Origin: a virus
Strand: one strand, 5' to 3'
DNA: 12,447 bases
UHGV virus genome: UHGV-1611333
The notes under the pieces: generated by a model
Told to the model about the DNA's origin: nothing
What the model saw: only the letters and a program-made list of their open reading frames with translations
Database searches by the model: none
Position numbers and translations under genes: made by a program
Part shown: positions 1 to 9,061 of the stretch, one piece after another
How positions within the stretch are numbered: the first letter of the stretch is position 1
How the letters are laid out: every line of letters starts with the position of its first letter

Positions 1-165
1 GAAGGACAGGCTGAAGTGTGCCGCCGTAAAGCATGGAGTGTTGGTGTATGGGTCTGGCCTGATAATAGCTCTACTACTGGATGGTTTTGTATTAATGGAT
101 ACCAGATCCGGGAAGTCGATTTATCGACGGCGGATGCAGTCGGTAATGATTGGATCGTAACTTGA
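1..165 (+). CDS. 3' end of an upstream gene entering the window (partial, product unknown)
   Basis: Frame 1 is open from the window edge to TGA at 163-165. Frame 2 is also open to TAA at 158-160, so the true frame is ambiguous. A terminator hairpin follows immediately. Confidence 0.3.
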   Translation, partial: EGQAEVCRRKAWSVGVWVWPDNSSTTGWFCINGYQIREVDLSTADAVGNDWIVT

Positions 166-174
166 AGTGTGATG

Positions 175-199
175 CCCCGGCCTGGCCGGGGCTTTTTTA
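175..199 (+). terminator. Intrinsic terminator between convergent genes
   Basis: GC-rich hairpin CCCCGG-CCTGG-CCGGGG followed by CTTTTTTAT on the + strand. It sits between the 3' end of the + strand fragment and the stop codon (197-199) of the minus-strand gene. Confidence 0.6.
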
Positions 200-682
200 T
201 GCCTCATTAGTTGAGGTTGCTGCGTCTCCGACTGGTAACAGAGCTGTATTGCGTGGTTCGCCAGCAGGCCAGCGATAGCCAGACACTCTTGATGTTGGGA
301 ATGCGCGAATATTAACAGCATCCCCCTGGTTCCCACCCAAGACAAGCAGATCGCCATTGGCGCGGCGTCCGACAACAAAGCCTACATGCCCACCGCCTGC
401 GCGAGTAAATACAACGATACATCCGTATGCCGGTGTATCTAATTTCTCGCCCCAATCCAGATAGGATTTTGCCGACTCAAATCTTGTTGAGCGGATACCT
501 ACACGTTCCAGCATTGCACCAACAAATGCAGCGCACCACGGCGTTTCATCGTCTTTTATTCCGCCGCGCTTAATATCCCGCCAGAACTGGACGATCTCAG
601 GATTGTGTTTCGCTCCTTTTATTTCGGTGACACCAATATTTTTACGGGCTTCAATAAGCCAGCGAGGTTCATTATTGATCAT
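197..682 (-). CDS. Putative peptidoglycan hydrolase, CHAP/NlpC-P60-like (TIGR02594-like) protein
   Basis: 163-codon ORF on the minus strand. It has a conserved Cys context (ETPWCAAFVGAML) and a downstream His context (GGGHVGFVVG), typical of CHAP-type cysteine peptidase folds in phage and conjugative-element proteins. The GGAG Shine-Dalgarno is only 1 nt from the first ATG (686-688) but 7 nt from the second ATG, so the start is probably 682. Confidence 0.7.
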   Translation of the reverse strand: MINNEPRWLIEARKNIGVTEIKGAKHNPEIVQFWRDIKRGGIKDDETPWCAAFVGAMLERVGIRSTRFESAKSYLDWGEKLDTPAYGCIVVFTRAGGGHVGFVVGRRANGDLLVLGGNQGDAVNIRAFPTSRVSGYRWPAGEPRNTALLPVGDAATSTNEA

Positions 683-688
683 AATCAT

Positions 689-875
689 GCTCCGAATAAA
701 AAAAGAGCAATAACTATGTTGAGAATGTGATTTCTATTACACCAAACATTATTAAACGGCATTCATCTTTAACTTTATTCAATGTATTATCTAACAGAAA
801 AGTTAAACTGCGCTAAGTTAGTGATAACATTGGTCATTGTTAGCTTGCGTTATCTATTTGAGTAAAGAGATTGTC
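689..875. promoter_or_regulatory. AT-rich divergent intergenic region, presumed to carry promoters for both flanking genes
   Basis: 187 bp AT-rich spacer between divergently oriented genes. It contains several GTTAG/CTAAC elements (about 792-797, 818-822, 839-843). No single -35/-10 pair could be assigned with confidence. Confidence 0.3.
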
Positions 876-1373
876 ATGAAAAAAGCAATATTAGCGACTA
901 TTGTTTGTGCATTTGCATTATCAGGATGTGCTCCGGTTCAGACATACAACAAGCCTCAGCAAGTAAAACAGTTTGTTAAACGCCCAGCATTCCCTGTAGA
1001 GGAATATCAGGCATTGCCGAAAAAAGGTACAGGTAAGGTTAAGGGGGAGTTATTTGGAGTAACTCGCGGAGGGGATGTGAAGATTGGTGCTGGCTCCAAT
1101 ATCATACTGCGTCCGTATACTTCATATATCAAAAATACCCCCAAAATTGATTACGACACTCAGACCTTAGAAATAATCGACGGCAGGGTTGCGGAATATG
1201 ACAGAACTGTCCTGACAGATGCTCAAGGCAAATTTGAGTTCGAAAACGTACCACCAGGCCAGTATGAAGTGATTGGTTCGTTCAGTTGGTATGCTGGAAA
1301 TTTCCCGCAAATCGTTCTTCTGAAAAAAATCATTACCGTTAAGAACGGTGATGTTATCCAGGTTCAACCATGA
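876..1373 (+). CDS. Lipoprotein with a probable beta-sandwich (carboxypeptidase-regulatory-like) domain
   Basis: N-terminus MKKAILATIVCAFALSGC has a signal peptide and lipobox L-S-G-C. AAAGAG lies 6 nt upstream of ATG 876. The C-terminal motif GKFEFENVPPGQYEV resembles carboxypeptidase-regulatory/transthyretin-like folds. The ORF track start at 837 lacks an RBS and would place hydrophobic residues before the signal peptide. Confidence 0.8.
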   Translation: MKKAILATIVCAFALSGCAPVQTYNKPQQVKQFVKRPAFPVEEYQALPKKGTGKVKGELFGVTRGGDVKIGAGSNIILRPYTSYIKNTPKIDYDTQTLEIIDGRVAEYDRTVLTDAQGKFEFENVPPGQYEVIGSFSWYAGNFPQIVLLKKIITVKNGDVIQVQP

Positions 1374-1436
1374 TCCCCTTTTGAGTAAGAATCTTCGGGG
1401 TGTGATTCTGCGAAATTAACACACTCCATACCCTCT

Positions 1437-1474
1437 CAAACCGTACCGCTTAAGGCGGATTTAACGGTTTTGAG
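1437..1474 (+). terminator. Terminator-like two-tier hairpin directly upstream of the giant gene start
   Basis: CAAACCGT-ACCGC-TTAAG-GCGG-ATTTA-ACGGTTTT: outer 7-bp stem, inner CCGC/GCGG stem, then a TTTT run. It lies after the lipoprotein stop and ends at the first possible start codon of the giant ORF. Confidence 0.4.
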
Positions 1475-1484
1475 GGGGCTTCCT

Positions 1485-4400
1485 TTGGACAAAATAATTG
1501 ATTCAATTAGCCAGGCCACCAGCATTGGGGCGCTGATTGAAATTGTTAGTCGGTTGCATAAACCGCGAGCTGTAGTGACCTTTGGCGTTAAGAAAGTTGA
1601 TGGCGTCAGTATTCAGAAAACACGCCGGGCAGCAAACAACGCCGCAGTAGATCTTCTTAATTCCCTTCCGCCCGGCTTCGATGGGGCGAAATTAACTGAC
1701 GAACAGCGCCAGATTCTTGCCGGGTATACCGGTGAAGGCGGCCTGACAGATGGTGAGGGCAGCCAATACGAATACTACACGCCACAGTTTATGGCAGAAG
1801 GTATATGGGATCTCTTCGGCGACTACGGTATTGATGGCGGTCACGTACTGGAACCATCAGCGGGCACAGGTATTTTCCAGGAGACAAAACGGCAGGGCAT
1901 GATAATGACCAGCGCCGAACTGTCTCCGATTTCCGGTCGAATAAACCAGCTTTTGCACCCGGAAGACGATGTGAATATTGGGGCGTTTGAGGCGCTGGCG
2001 GCGAAAGACGCAATGTATGACCACGCTGTTGGTAACGTACCGTTTGGTGAAGGGCGTTCCGGCGTTGCCGGGCTTGATCCGGCATATGCAAACGAGAAGA
2101 ACGTTGGCAATTACTTTGTGTTGCGCACGATCGACAAGGTTAAGCCTGGTGGACTAATTGTATTGGTGGTGCCGAATGGCATGACCGATGGTACGAAATA
2201 CAAAAAATTGCGCGATAAAGTCAGCCGTAAGGCGGAATTTTTGGGCGCGCATCGTATGCCTTCTGGTACGTTCAGCGAATCCGGTACAGATACCGTGGTG
2301 GACGTATGGGTATTGCGTAAACACCCGGAAACCTTCCTGGAGATGATCCCCGACACGGATGATGCAACGCTCAAATCGGCAAACGTCCTTTGGGATACCT
2401 TCCTCAAAGGGAAATGGTTTACAACCGAAGGGAAGCGATTTGTTTACGGCGACATGGAACGCACCAGCTTCCGCAATACCCTGGTGGTGAAAAAGGACGG
2501 TCGTGTATCCAATGAGTCGATGAAAACCGCGTTATCACGCCGCTTTGAAAGCCGTATTAATTGGGATTTGCTCGGAGTAACTACCCAGGCATGGCAGGGC
2601 GCAAAAGTAGGGGATAAGCGCCTTGTAGGCGGTATCTGGCATGAGTTTGATGGCCTGAAATGGGTTAAGGACACGACAACCAAATCCTCCGCGCTTGATG
2701 TAAGTCGATATGGTGTTTCGACGTTTGGCGATCTGCAGATCGCGTTCCAGTCAACAAACGGGATTCTGGCTTTGTCATGGGACCAGATATCGGCGATCGC
2801 GTCCGACTATCCATCGGTTGTCAGTGATGAAGTGGCAGCAATGATTCGCTTTGCTGGCAAACAGCGAGAAAAAGACAGGGAGCGCGTTATGCGCGGTGCG
2901 TTGATAGGGCAGTTGATCAACAAGGCACTTGATTTGCGTAACCTGGGGGTGAACGTTGATGACAAACTGGCAGATGCATCCCGCCTGGCGGCAGCAGAAG
3001 TTGCGAAGTATGGACCACCGCACGCGATTAAGCTGAATGGGCTTGCAGAAGCTGGAGCTAAAAACTGGATGACGTTCACTGGCAACGTGAAACAGGATGG
3101 TTCCACTTCTGACCTTCTGGCAGGGCGACTTGATGTAACGGATGGTGCTGCCGGTATTGACTTTACACGTCCGGAACAAGTGATAGCACATCTTTTCAGT
3201 GATGTAGCCCTTAATCCTATAACGCTGGGCGACTTTCGTGAGGCGTTTGCTGGTGAACTGCCAGAGGACGACGACGCGGCCCTTGAATACCTGGCGAAAT
3301 TTGATGATATCGCTATTGATGGGTATGGCTGCCTGCTGCCGATGGACCGCGCCACCAGCGGCGATATTGCAACCAAAACAGCATTGCTGATGGGCTGGCG
3401 TGATGCGTCAACAGGTGAGCAGAAATCGAACTTTGAGCGTCAGTTGGCGAAAATCGAAGAGAAACGCATTTTCACGCCACTAAATAAAGTCACCGTTAAT
3501 CTGAACGCCCGCTGGCTGGATCGCCGCTTGATAAAAGAATTCCTGGCAGAGCAGGGCTATGACGAGTTTAAGTACACTGAACCTGATCTGAAGATCGTCG
3601 ATGGCATTCTGGTATCTCCGGACGATTACGAAGGTAAGGACGGGGTATTTACCGGCTATCAGCTACGAACCGTAAACGGCAAAAACGGGAATGAGTTCAA
3701 GAAGGCCAACAATAAAGACGGCTTCCTGAACCAGTTAGAAAACTACCTGAACGGTGTTAAACCGCGTGGGCAGAACGCTAACGAGTACCTGGATAAAATT
3801 GCTCAACTGGAAGTTAGTTTTAACGACTGGTTACGCACTCACCCGCAGGCTGATCAGATAGCCCGCGAGTATAACGACGCATTCAATGGCTTCATTCCGT
3901 TCACGCACTCTAACGCACCGCTTGGCCTGGAAGGGATTAGTGGAAAGCGCATTCCTCTGACTTATCAGAATGAAGAAGTTCGTCGCTTGTCAGAAGATGG
4001 GCGCGGCATCATGGGATTTGGTACCGGGCTGGGTAAAACCACGACCGCGCTTGCGCTTGAGGCGTATAACTTCGAAACAGGTCGCACTAAACGCACGTGT
4101 ATTGTTGTTCCGAAGGCGGTTTATCAGAACTGGTATCACGAGGCACAGAGCTTCTACAGTGCTGATGCCTTCGCAAATATGATGTTTATCGGTCTGGATG
4201 AAGTTCGTGATGAAGACGGCAATATTCTGACCGCGCCGGTGCTTGATGAAAATGGCGAACCCCGCCTCGACAGTAACGGGCAGCCTCTTACCAGAAATGT
4301 TGTGAAAGAGTCCGCCAGCGCCGTTATCGTTCAGCGCATGAACATGATCCCGTCGTCAAATTGGCGAACGATCATCATGACAAAAGAACAATTCGCGTCT

Positions 4401-7400
4401 ATCCCGCTACGAGAAAAAACCATCGAGGAGAACTCACAGCAAGCTGTCTTTAATGCTGTGGAAATGGGGCGTCTTGATCTGGCGTCCGGTAAACACCGTG
4501 ATGCGCAGAAGAAGAACAAGATTAAGGATCAGGCCGCGAATACCGGTACAACGAAGAAGCAGAATATCCCGTACTTTGAGGATATGAACTTCGATAGCGT
4601 GATTGCCGACGAGGGGCATAACTACCGCAACTCCTTTAATGCCGGGCGTGAAGCGGGACAACTGGCATATTTGCCTAACCCGGCAGTATCCAAGATGGCC
4701 CGCGACATGGCTGTAAAAGCTGCGTACATGATGAAACGCAACAACGGGCGTGGTGTAGTCATGCTGACGGCAACACCGCTGGTGAACAGTCCGATTGATG
4801 CCTTCAACATGCTGTCTACTGTCATTCCGCAGGAAGAGTGGATGCGCATGGGCATCATTACGCCTGATGATTTCGTTCGTGTGTTTGGTAAAACAGCCAC
4901 AGTTCAGGTCCAGAAAATTTCCGGGGAAGTGGAAGAGAAGCAGGGGCTGGTTGGCTTCCAGAACCTTGATGGCCTGCGTGGTATTTTCCATCGCTGGACT
5001 ACTCTGAAGACTGCTGCGGACGTCGGGGCGACGGTTAAAATCCCTGATATTGTCGAGAATACCTTGCAGATCCCGATGACAGGGGAGCAGGAGGCTGCTT
5101 ATGAAGAGCTTCGTAAGCGTGCACAGGAGTTAAGTAGTAAAGATGCGCTGACGGTTGATGAAAACGGGCATATCACAAACGAAAAACCGGATGATTTCAT
5201 CTTCTCCATCATCCGCGACATGGATAAGGTTGCTATAGATCCGGATCTGTATGCCAGTGCGATTACATTCCAGTTCCCCGTTGAGCTTGCAGACAAGGTA
5301 AAAGCTATTGCTGATGCCCTGCCAAAAGTAGCTGGCGGTAAAGTGGCAGATGATGCAGACGAGGCCGAAGAAGACGGCGCTGGTGGACTGGTTAGTACGC
5401 GCACCAGTAAGGTAGTGAAGACCACCTTTAGTGAACATCCGGCGCATGTTGAAATACGCGCCAGCATTGAACTGGAAGCTGAAATACTGAGGGCCATTGC
5501 TGCCGCCGGGATTGATCTACAGCAGGTATCACACCCCATCCCGCCGAAGTATGCCGCGCTGATCGAAAACCTTCGTGAAGGTCTGAAGAACGGTAAACAA
5601 ATTGTCTTCATTGATGAAAAAGCCCAGCACCAGAAGCTGCGCCGTATTATCGCCAGTGCACTGCAAATGCCGGAGCAGGAGATAGGCATTATCAATGCGA
5701 CGACCGTTAGCCAGGCTGGCGGCATCAAGCTGAAGAAGGTGAATAAGCCGACTGAACCTACTCCGAATAAAAACGGTGAATACAAAGAAGGGGCATGGGA
5801 AACCTACTACAGCAAACTTGCCCAATATGAGGATTATCTCTCAGCTAAAAATGATGCTGGCCTTGAGGGTATGGAAGGCATTGCCGCCGACTATAACGAA
5901 GGGCGCACGCGCATCATTATCTGTAACAAGAAGGCTGAAGTAGGTATTAACCTGCATATCGGGACAACCGATATCCACCACCTGACACTACCCTGGACAC
6001 CAGCCAGTATCGACCAACGAAATGGGCGCGGTGCGCGCGTAGGCTCACCGCAAGAGAAGGTCAATGTTCACTACTACTGTGGCAAAGGCACATTTGATGA
6101 TTTCCGCCTGGATACGCTGAAACGCAAGAAAGACTGGATCAAGATGGTGATGACCTCCGACATGTCAGAGATCGCCAATGGTGATGCGGATGATGCAGAT
6201 GAACGCGCCATTATGCTGGCAGCAAACCCGGAAGAACGCCGCGCAATCATGGCTCGCCAGGCACAAGAGCGTGAAGAACGTCTGAAACTGAAAGCACAGC
6301 GCGAGGCCAACAATGCTCTCGATATCTACCTGAAAGCGGCAAACGCCGCCGGAAAAGATATCGGCATGATGGAGACAGAACTGAAAAGCGCGATGGAACA
6401 GATAGAGTATTATCAGCGCAATCTTGACGACCTGATAAAAGCGGGTACGAACAGGAATGGGCAAAAATACGCGCTTGAGCAGTTGAGTAGCTACAGAAAA
6501 CGTGCGCGGGTGCTGCGGTTTGCGATCACCAGGGCAAAAGACGCGGATACCATTATGAAACGCTCTCGTGGTGATGTGGAACGCGCTATTAAGTCTGGTG
6601 TGCTGGATATCAGCATCGATGTTATTCAGAACCCGCAAGAATATATGCGCACTGACAAGAACATTCTGTTGCATAAAGGTAGTTATTACCGTGCAGTCAT
6701 TGATGATCGCGAAACAACAGCGATTGTCCGGGTGGAAAAAATTGACGGTGAAAAAGCACAATACCTCTGCCGTATCGCCTGGCTGGATAGAGCAAGTCGT
6801 TACGCTCGAGCACCGGGGTCAATCGTTACATTGCCGTTTGACTCTGTGATTGAAGCGGTAACTTTTGAAGAGGGGGTAGCTGAATCGCGCGCAACGGCTG
6901 CGCGTGGTGTTCAGTGCCACCAGCTATCAACAATACTTACTCGCGATCAGTTCTATGATGCTATTCGCAATGGGGTAATGAATGTTATTGCTGGTAAATC
7001 TGGTAATGCATGGGGCGGTGGGTCAGCTATTAAATACTGGGCATATCGCACAGATGATGGTCAGATCGCGCTGTCATCGGCCTATGATGGCGTGATAGGC
7101 CAAAAAATCGGGCGAGCATCGGATATAGCACCTGAGCGATGGATATATCCTGATGGCAACGACGAGGCGCTGAAGCGTGAAGTGGCAAAAATACAAGCCA
7201 GTGATAACCCGCTGAATATCGTGGACGGCGAGGGATTCCTCCAGGCATTGTATGGGTATGATTACATCCAGGGAATGCAGGCATGGGGCGCACAGGCAAC
7301 GATGGATGATGTTGCCCAGGAGTTCGAAAACTGGATGGCTGGGCGTGGTCTGTCAGGTCGTTCGCTTAATAAAGTCACTTCTGAAGATATTCTTAGCTTG

Positions 7401-8321
7401 TTCCGCAAACCGTCCGGAGAAGGTCTGGAATCATTCTGGAGGACCGTGCTGGCATACCGTTTATTCCAGGGCAGGATGAAAGCCTTTAGCAATATCGATG
7501 ATATTGAACGGATGTTTAATCAGGTCAAGATAGCGAAAATTAAGACGAAGATCGAAAAAACACGTTCTGCGCTGGTGGCCTGGCGCGATGCATTGTTTGA
7601 GCAATATAAATCACTCAGTGATGCAGATGGATGGGCGGCACTGGAACAGTTGGCGAATAATGGGGTAGATGGAGCGAAACTCGCCATTGTCCAGGCTGAT
7701 AACCCCCTGGAATCACCGGCAGCACAGTGGATTAAGGTGGGGGCTGTCATCAATGCATTTGATGAAAAACACATTAGTAAGGACGATTTTGCTGATGCTG
7801 TTTCTGTTAATCGCCTGGTAGAAATGGCTACCCGCCGCGCCCGTGAGTTGAAAGACGGTGACTATGTGAATGAGTTGCCGGATGCGCTCAAATCAGCAAC
7901 GTGGCAAGACTATGTATCGCTGAAAAACGGCGGGGCCACCGAATCAGAGATCGCGGAAAGGCTTGAACAGGCTGAAAGCAAAAGAGAAGAGCAGGCGGCA
8001 GTGGCTGAAGCCAGAGCTGATGAAGCGGCGAATGATGACTATATCATTGTGGTTAATGATAAGCCGATTCGCGCTAAGGCGCGTGTTCGCGGGCGCTGGT
8101 GGAGCGTCAGCGAGGACGTCGGTGCGGTTTATCTCATTGCCGACCAACCTGGTTCCTCGACAATACGGAACGCCAAAGACGCGATTAAGAAGATTGGCGG
8201 GCGTTTCTGGAATTTTGAAGCAAACCCGGTTGCTGATGTGAACTTTGACCGTCCGGCATGGATGGTATCTACGCGTTACTCGGTAGATGAACTGCGTAAA
8301 ATAATCGCCGATGCGGCCTAA
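1485..8321 (+). CDS. Giant fused N6-adenine DNA methyltransferase / SF2 helicase protein (phage P1 DarB-like antirestriction architecture)
   Basis: 6.8-kb uninterrupted ORF. Methyltransferase motif I VLEPSAGTGIF (about nt 1848-1874) and motif IV GNVPFG (2031-2048). Helicase Walker A GFGTGLGKTT (about 4011-4040), DEGH box (4605-4619), LTATPL motif III and motif VI QRNGRGARVG (6015-6044). The C-terminal ~700 aa are coiled-coil-rich with no recognised motifs. The ORF is open from TTG 1470, but TTG 1485 has a GAGGGGG Shine-Dalgarno 6 nt upstream and is the more likely start. Confidence 0.9.
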   Translation: MDKIIDSISQATSIGALIEIVSRLHKPRAVVTFGVKKVDGVSIQKTRRAANNAAVDLLNSLPPGFDGAKLTDEQRQILAGYTGEGGLTDGEGSQYEYYTPQFMAEGIWDLFGDYGIDGGHVLEPSAGTGIFQETKRQGMIMTSAELSPISGRINQLLHPEDDVNIGAFEALAAKDAMYDHAVGNVPFGEGRSGVAGLDPAYANEKNVGNYFVLRTIDKVKPGGLIVLVVPNGMTDGTKYKKLRDKVSRKAEFLGAHRMPSGTFSESGTDTVVDVWVLRKHPETFLEMIPDTDDATLKSANVLWDTFLKGKWFTTEGKRFVYGDMERTSFRNTLVVKKDGRVSNESMKTALSRRFESRINWDLLGVTTQAWQGAKVGDKRLVGGIWHEFDGLKWVKDTTTKSSALDVSRYGVSTFGDLQIAFQSTNGILALSWDQISAIASDYPSVVSDEVAAMIRFAGKQREKDRERVMRGALIGQLINKALDLRNLGVNVDDKLADASRLAAAEVAKYGPPHAIKLNGLAEAGAKNWMTFTGNVKQDGSTSDLLAGRLDVTDGAAGIDFTRPEQVIAHLFSDVALNPITLGDFREAFAGELPEDDDAALEYLAKFDDIAIDGYGCLLPMDRATSGDIATKTALLMGWRDASTGEQKSNFERQLAKIEEKRIFTPLNKVTVNLNARWLDRRLIKEFLAEQGYDEFKYTEPDLKIVDGILVSPDDYEGKDGVFTGYQLRTVNGKNGNEFKKANNKDGFLNQLENYLNGVKPRGQNANEYLDKIAQLEVSFNDWLRTHPQADQIAREYNDAFNGFIPFTHSNAPLGLEGISGKRIPLTYQNEEVRRLSEDGRGIMGFGTGLGKTTTALALEAYNFETGRTKRTCIVVPKAVYQNWYHEAQSFYSADAFANMMFIGLDEVRDEDGNILTAPVLDENGEPRLDSNGQPLTRNVVKESASAVIVQRMNMIPSSNWRTIIMTKEQFASIPLREKTIEENSQQAVFNAVEMGRLDLASGKHRDAQKKNKIKDQAANTGTTKKQNIPYFEDMNFDSVIADEGHNYRNSFNAGREAGQLAYLPNPAVSKMARDMAVKAAYMMKRNNGRGVVMLTATPLVNSPIDAFNMLSTVIPQEEWMRMGIITPDDFVRVFGKTATVQVQKISGEVEEKQGLVGFQNLDGLRGIFHRWTTLKTAADVGATVKIPDIVENTLQIPMTGEQEAAYEELRKRAQELSSKDALTVDENGHITNEKPDDFIFSIIRDMDKVAIDPDLYASAITFQFPVELADKVKAIADALPKVAGGKVADDADEAEEDGAGGLVSTRTSKVVKTTFSEHPAHVEIRASIELEAEILRAIAAAGIDLQQVSHPIPPKYAALIENLREGLKNGKQIVFIDEKAQHQKLRRIIASALQMPEQEIGIINATTVSQAGGIKLKKVNKPTEPTPNKNGEYKEGAWETYYSKLAQYEDYLSAKNDAGLEGMEGIAADYNEGRTRIIICNKKAEVGINLHIGTTDIHHLTLPWTPASIDQRNGRGARVGSPQEKVNVHYYCGKGTFDDFRLDTLKRKKDWIKMVMTSDMSEIANGDADDADERAIMLAANPEERRAIMARQAQEREERLKLKAQREANNALDIYLKAANAAGKDIGMMETELKSAMEQIEYYQRNLDDLIKAGTNRNGQKYALEQLSSYRKRARVLRFAITRAKDADTIMKRSRGDVERAIKSGVLDISIDVIQNPQEYMRTDKNILLHKGSYYRAVIDDRETTAIVRVEKIDGEKAQYLCRIAWLDRASRYARAPGSIVTLPFDSVIEAVTFEEGVAESRATAARGVQCHQLSTILTRDQFYDAIRNGVMNVIAGKSGNAWGGGSAIKYWAYRTDDGQIALSSAYDGVIGQKIGRASDIAPERWIYPDGNDEALKREVAKIQASDNPLNIVDGEGFLQALYGYDYIQGMQAWGAQATMDDVAQEFENWMAGRGLSGRSLNKVTSEDILSLFRKPSGEGLESFWRTVLAYRLFQGRMKAFSNIDDIERMFNQVKIAKIKTKIEKTRSALVAWRDALFEQYKSLSDADGWAALEQLANNGVDGAKLAIVQADNPLESPAAQWIKVGAVINAFDEKHISKDDFADAVSVNRLVEMATRRARELKDGDYVNELPDALKSATWQDYVSLKNGGATESEIAERLEQAESKREEQAAVAEARADEAANDDYIIVVNDKPIRAKARVRGRWWSVSEDVGAVYLIADQPGSSTIRNAKDAIKKIGGRFWNFEANPVADVNFDRPAWMVSTRYSVDELRKIIADAA

Positions 8322-8357
8322 CAGATAGGGAGCGGCCCCATCCGGGGCCGAATTTGA

Positions 8358-8792
8358 ATGACGACATTAATTGACACTGTAAAACCGACGGAATCCTACC
8401 TTGAGGATATTTTGCCGCAGGCGCTCAATGGCAGGAGTGAAGAGGCGTTTCTGGATGCATATCTGGATGGTATGGTGGAAAGGCTGAAACGAGATCCACA
8501 GCTTTATCATCTTTATGGCCCGTGGTGGCCTGCGCTTAAAACGTTATTGCTGGAGCGCGGCGACATCTCATTTGGACAAGTTGTAGATAGTGATGTGGCA
8601 GAGATCTACAAAATGAGTCGCCCGGCGCTTACGGTTTTATCCGGGCATCTGTATTCGAGCGATCGCCTGGAAAATGACGCGGTATACAATCCCGTTCATG
8701 CTCTGGAAGTCGCGCCTTATGCTGATGATACAGAGCCATACGTGTACACAAGTTACGACGAGTCGATAGAGAAATATCGAATCATGGGGTAG
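8358..8792 (+). CDS. Hypothetical protein (144 aa)
   Basis: ORF starts 36 nt after the giant gene stop, in the same orientation. No recognisable motif. No obvious Shine-Dalgarno; a GC hairpin (8333-8350) sits between an upstream AGGGAG and the ATG. Confidence 0.55.
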   Translation: MTTLIDTVKPTESYLEDILPQALNGRSEEAFLDAYLDGMVERLKRDPQLYHLYGPWWPALKTLLLERGDISFGQVVDSDVAEIYKMSRPALTVLSGHLYSSDRLENDAVYNPVHALEVAPYADDTEPYVYTSYDESIEKYRIMG

Positions 8793-8794
8793 CT

Positions 8795-9055
8795 ATGCGA
8801 AAGAATCGTAGGTTTACGATCGACGACTTAAAAGCGTACTCACAAGGGAAGGGATACGCCCTTGAATACCACCGTTATAAGCGGGTATTTACCCTGCGGC
8901 ATATAAAAAACCCTTCGAAATGGGGATGGATTTATTTTCCGCACACTGACGATAAGCTGGTGGGCCTTGTTGATGATTTATCCTATGAAGGATGGATGAT
9001 CGCTATCGACAAGGCGGTTACAGAAATTAACGAACCGGATAAAATAAACCATTAA
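8795..9055 (+). CDS. Hypothetical protein (86 aa), translationally coupled to the upstream ORF
   Basis: ATG lies 2 nt after the stop of the 144-aa ORF (ATGGGGTAGCTATG), with GGGG serving as a Shine-Dalgarno. Basic N-terminus; no recognised domain. Confidence 0.5.
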   Translation: MRKNRRFTIDDLKAYSQGKGYALEYHRYKRVFTLRHIKNPSKWGWIYFPHTDDKLVGLVDDLSYEGWMIAIDKAVTEINEPDKINH

Positions 9056-9061
9056 AAATAA

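Noticed and set aside
121-378. 85-aa minus-strand ORF overlapping the terminator and the 3' end of the hydrolase gene
   Set aside because: It overlaps the better-supported 163-aa ORF in another frame and runs through the terminator hairpin; no RBS.
837-875. Upstream ATG (837) as the lipoprotein start
   Set aside because: No Shine-Dalgarno, and it would put 13 residues ahead of an otherwise canonical signal peptide and lipobox. ATG 876 has AAAGAG at the correct spacing.
1789-7774. Numerous 60-230 aa ORFs on the minus strand and in off frames inside the giant gene (e.g. 2807-3376, 4434-4991, 5099-5785, 6165-6761)
   Set aside because: They lie entirely within a 6.8-kb ORF that has clear methyltransferase and helicase motifs. 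Such antisense ORFs are expected by chance in a long GC-balanced coding region, and none has an evident RBS or recognisable motif.
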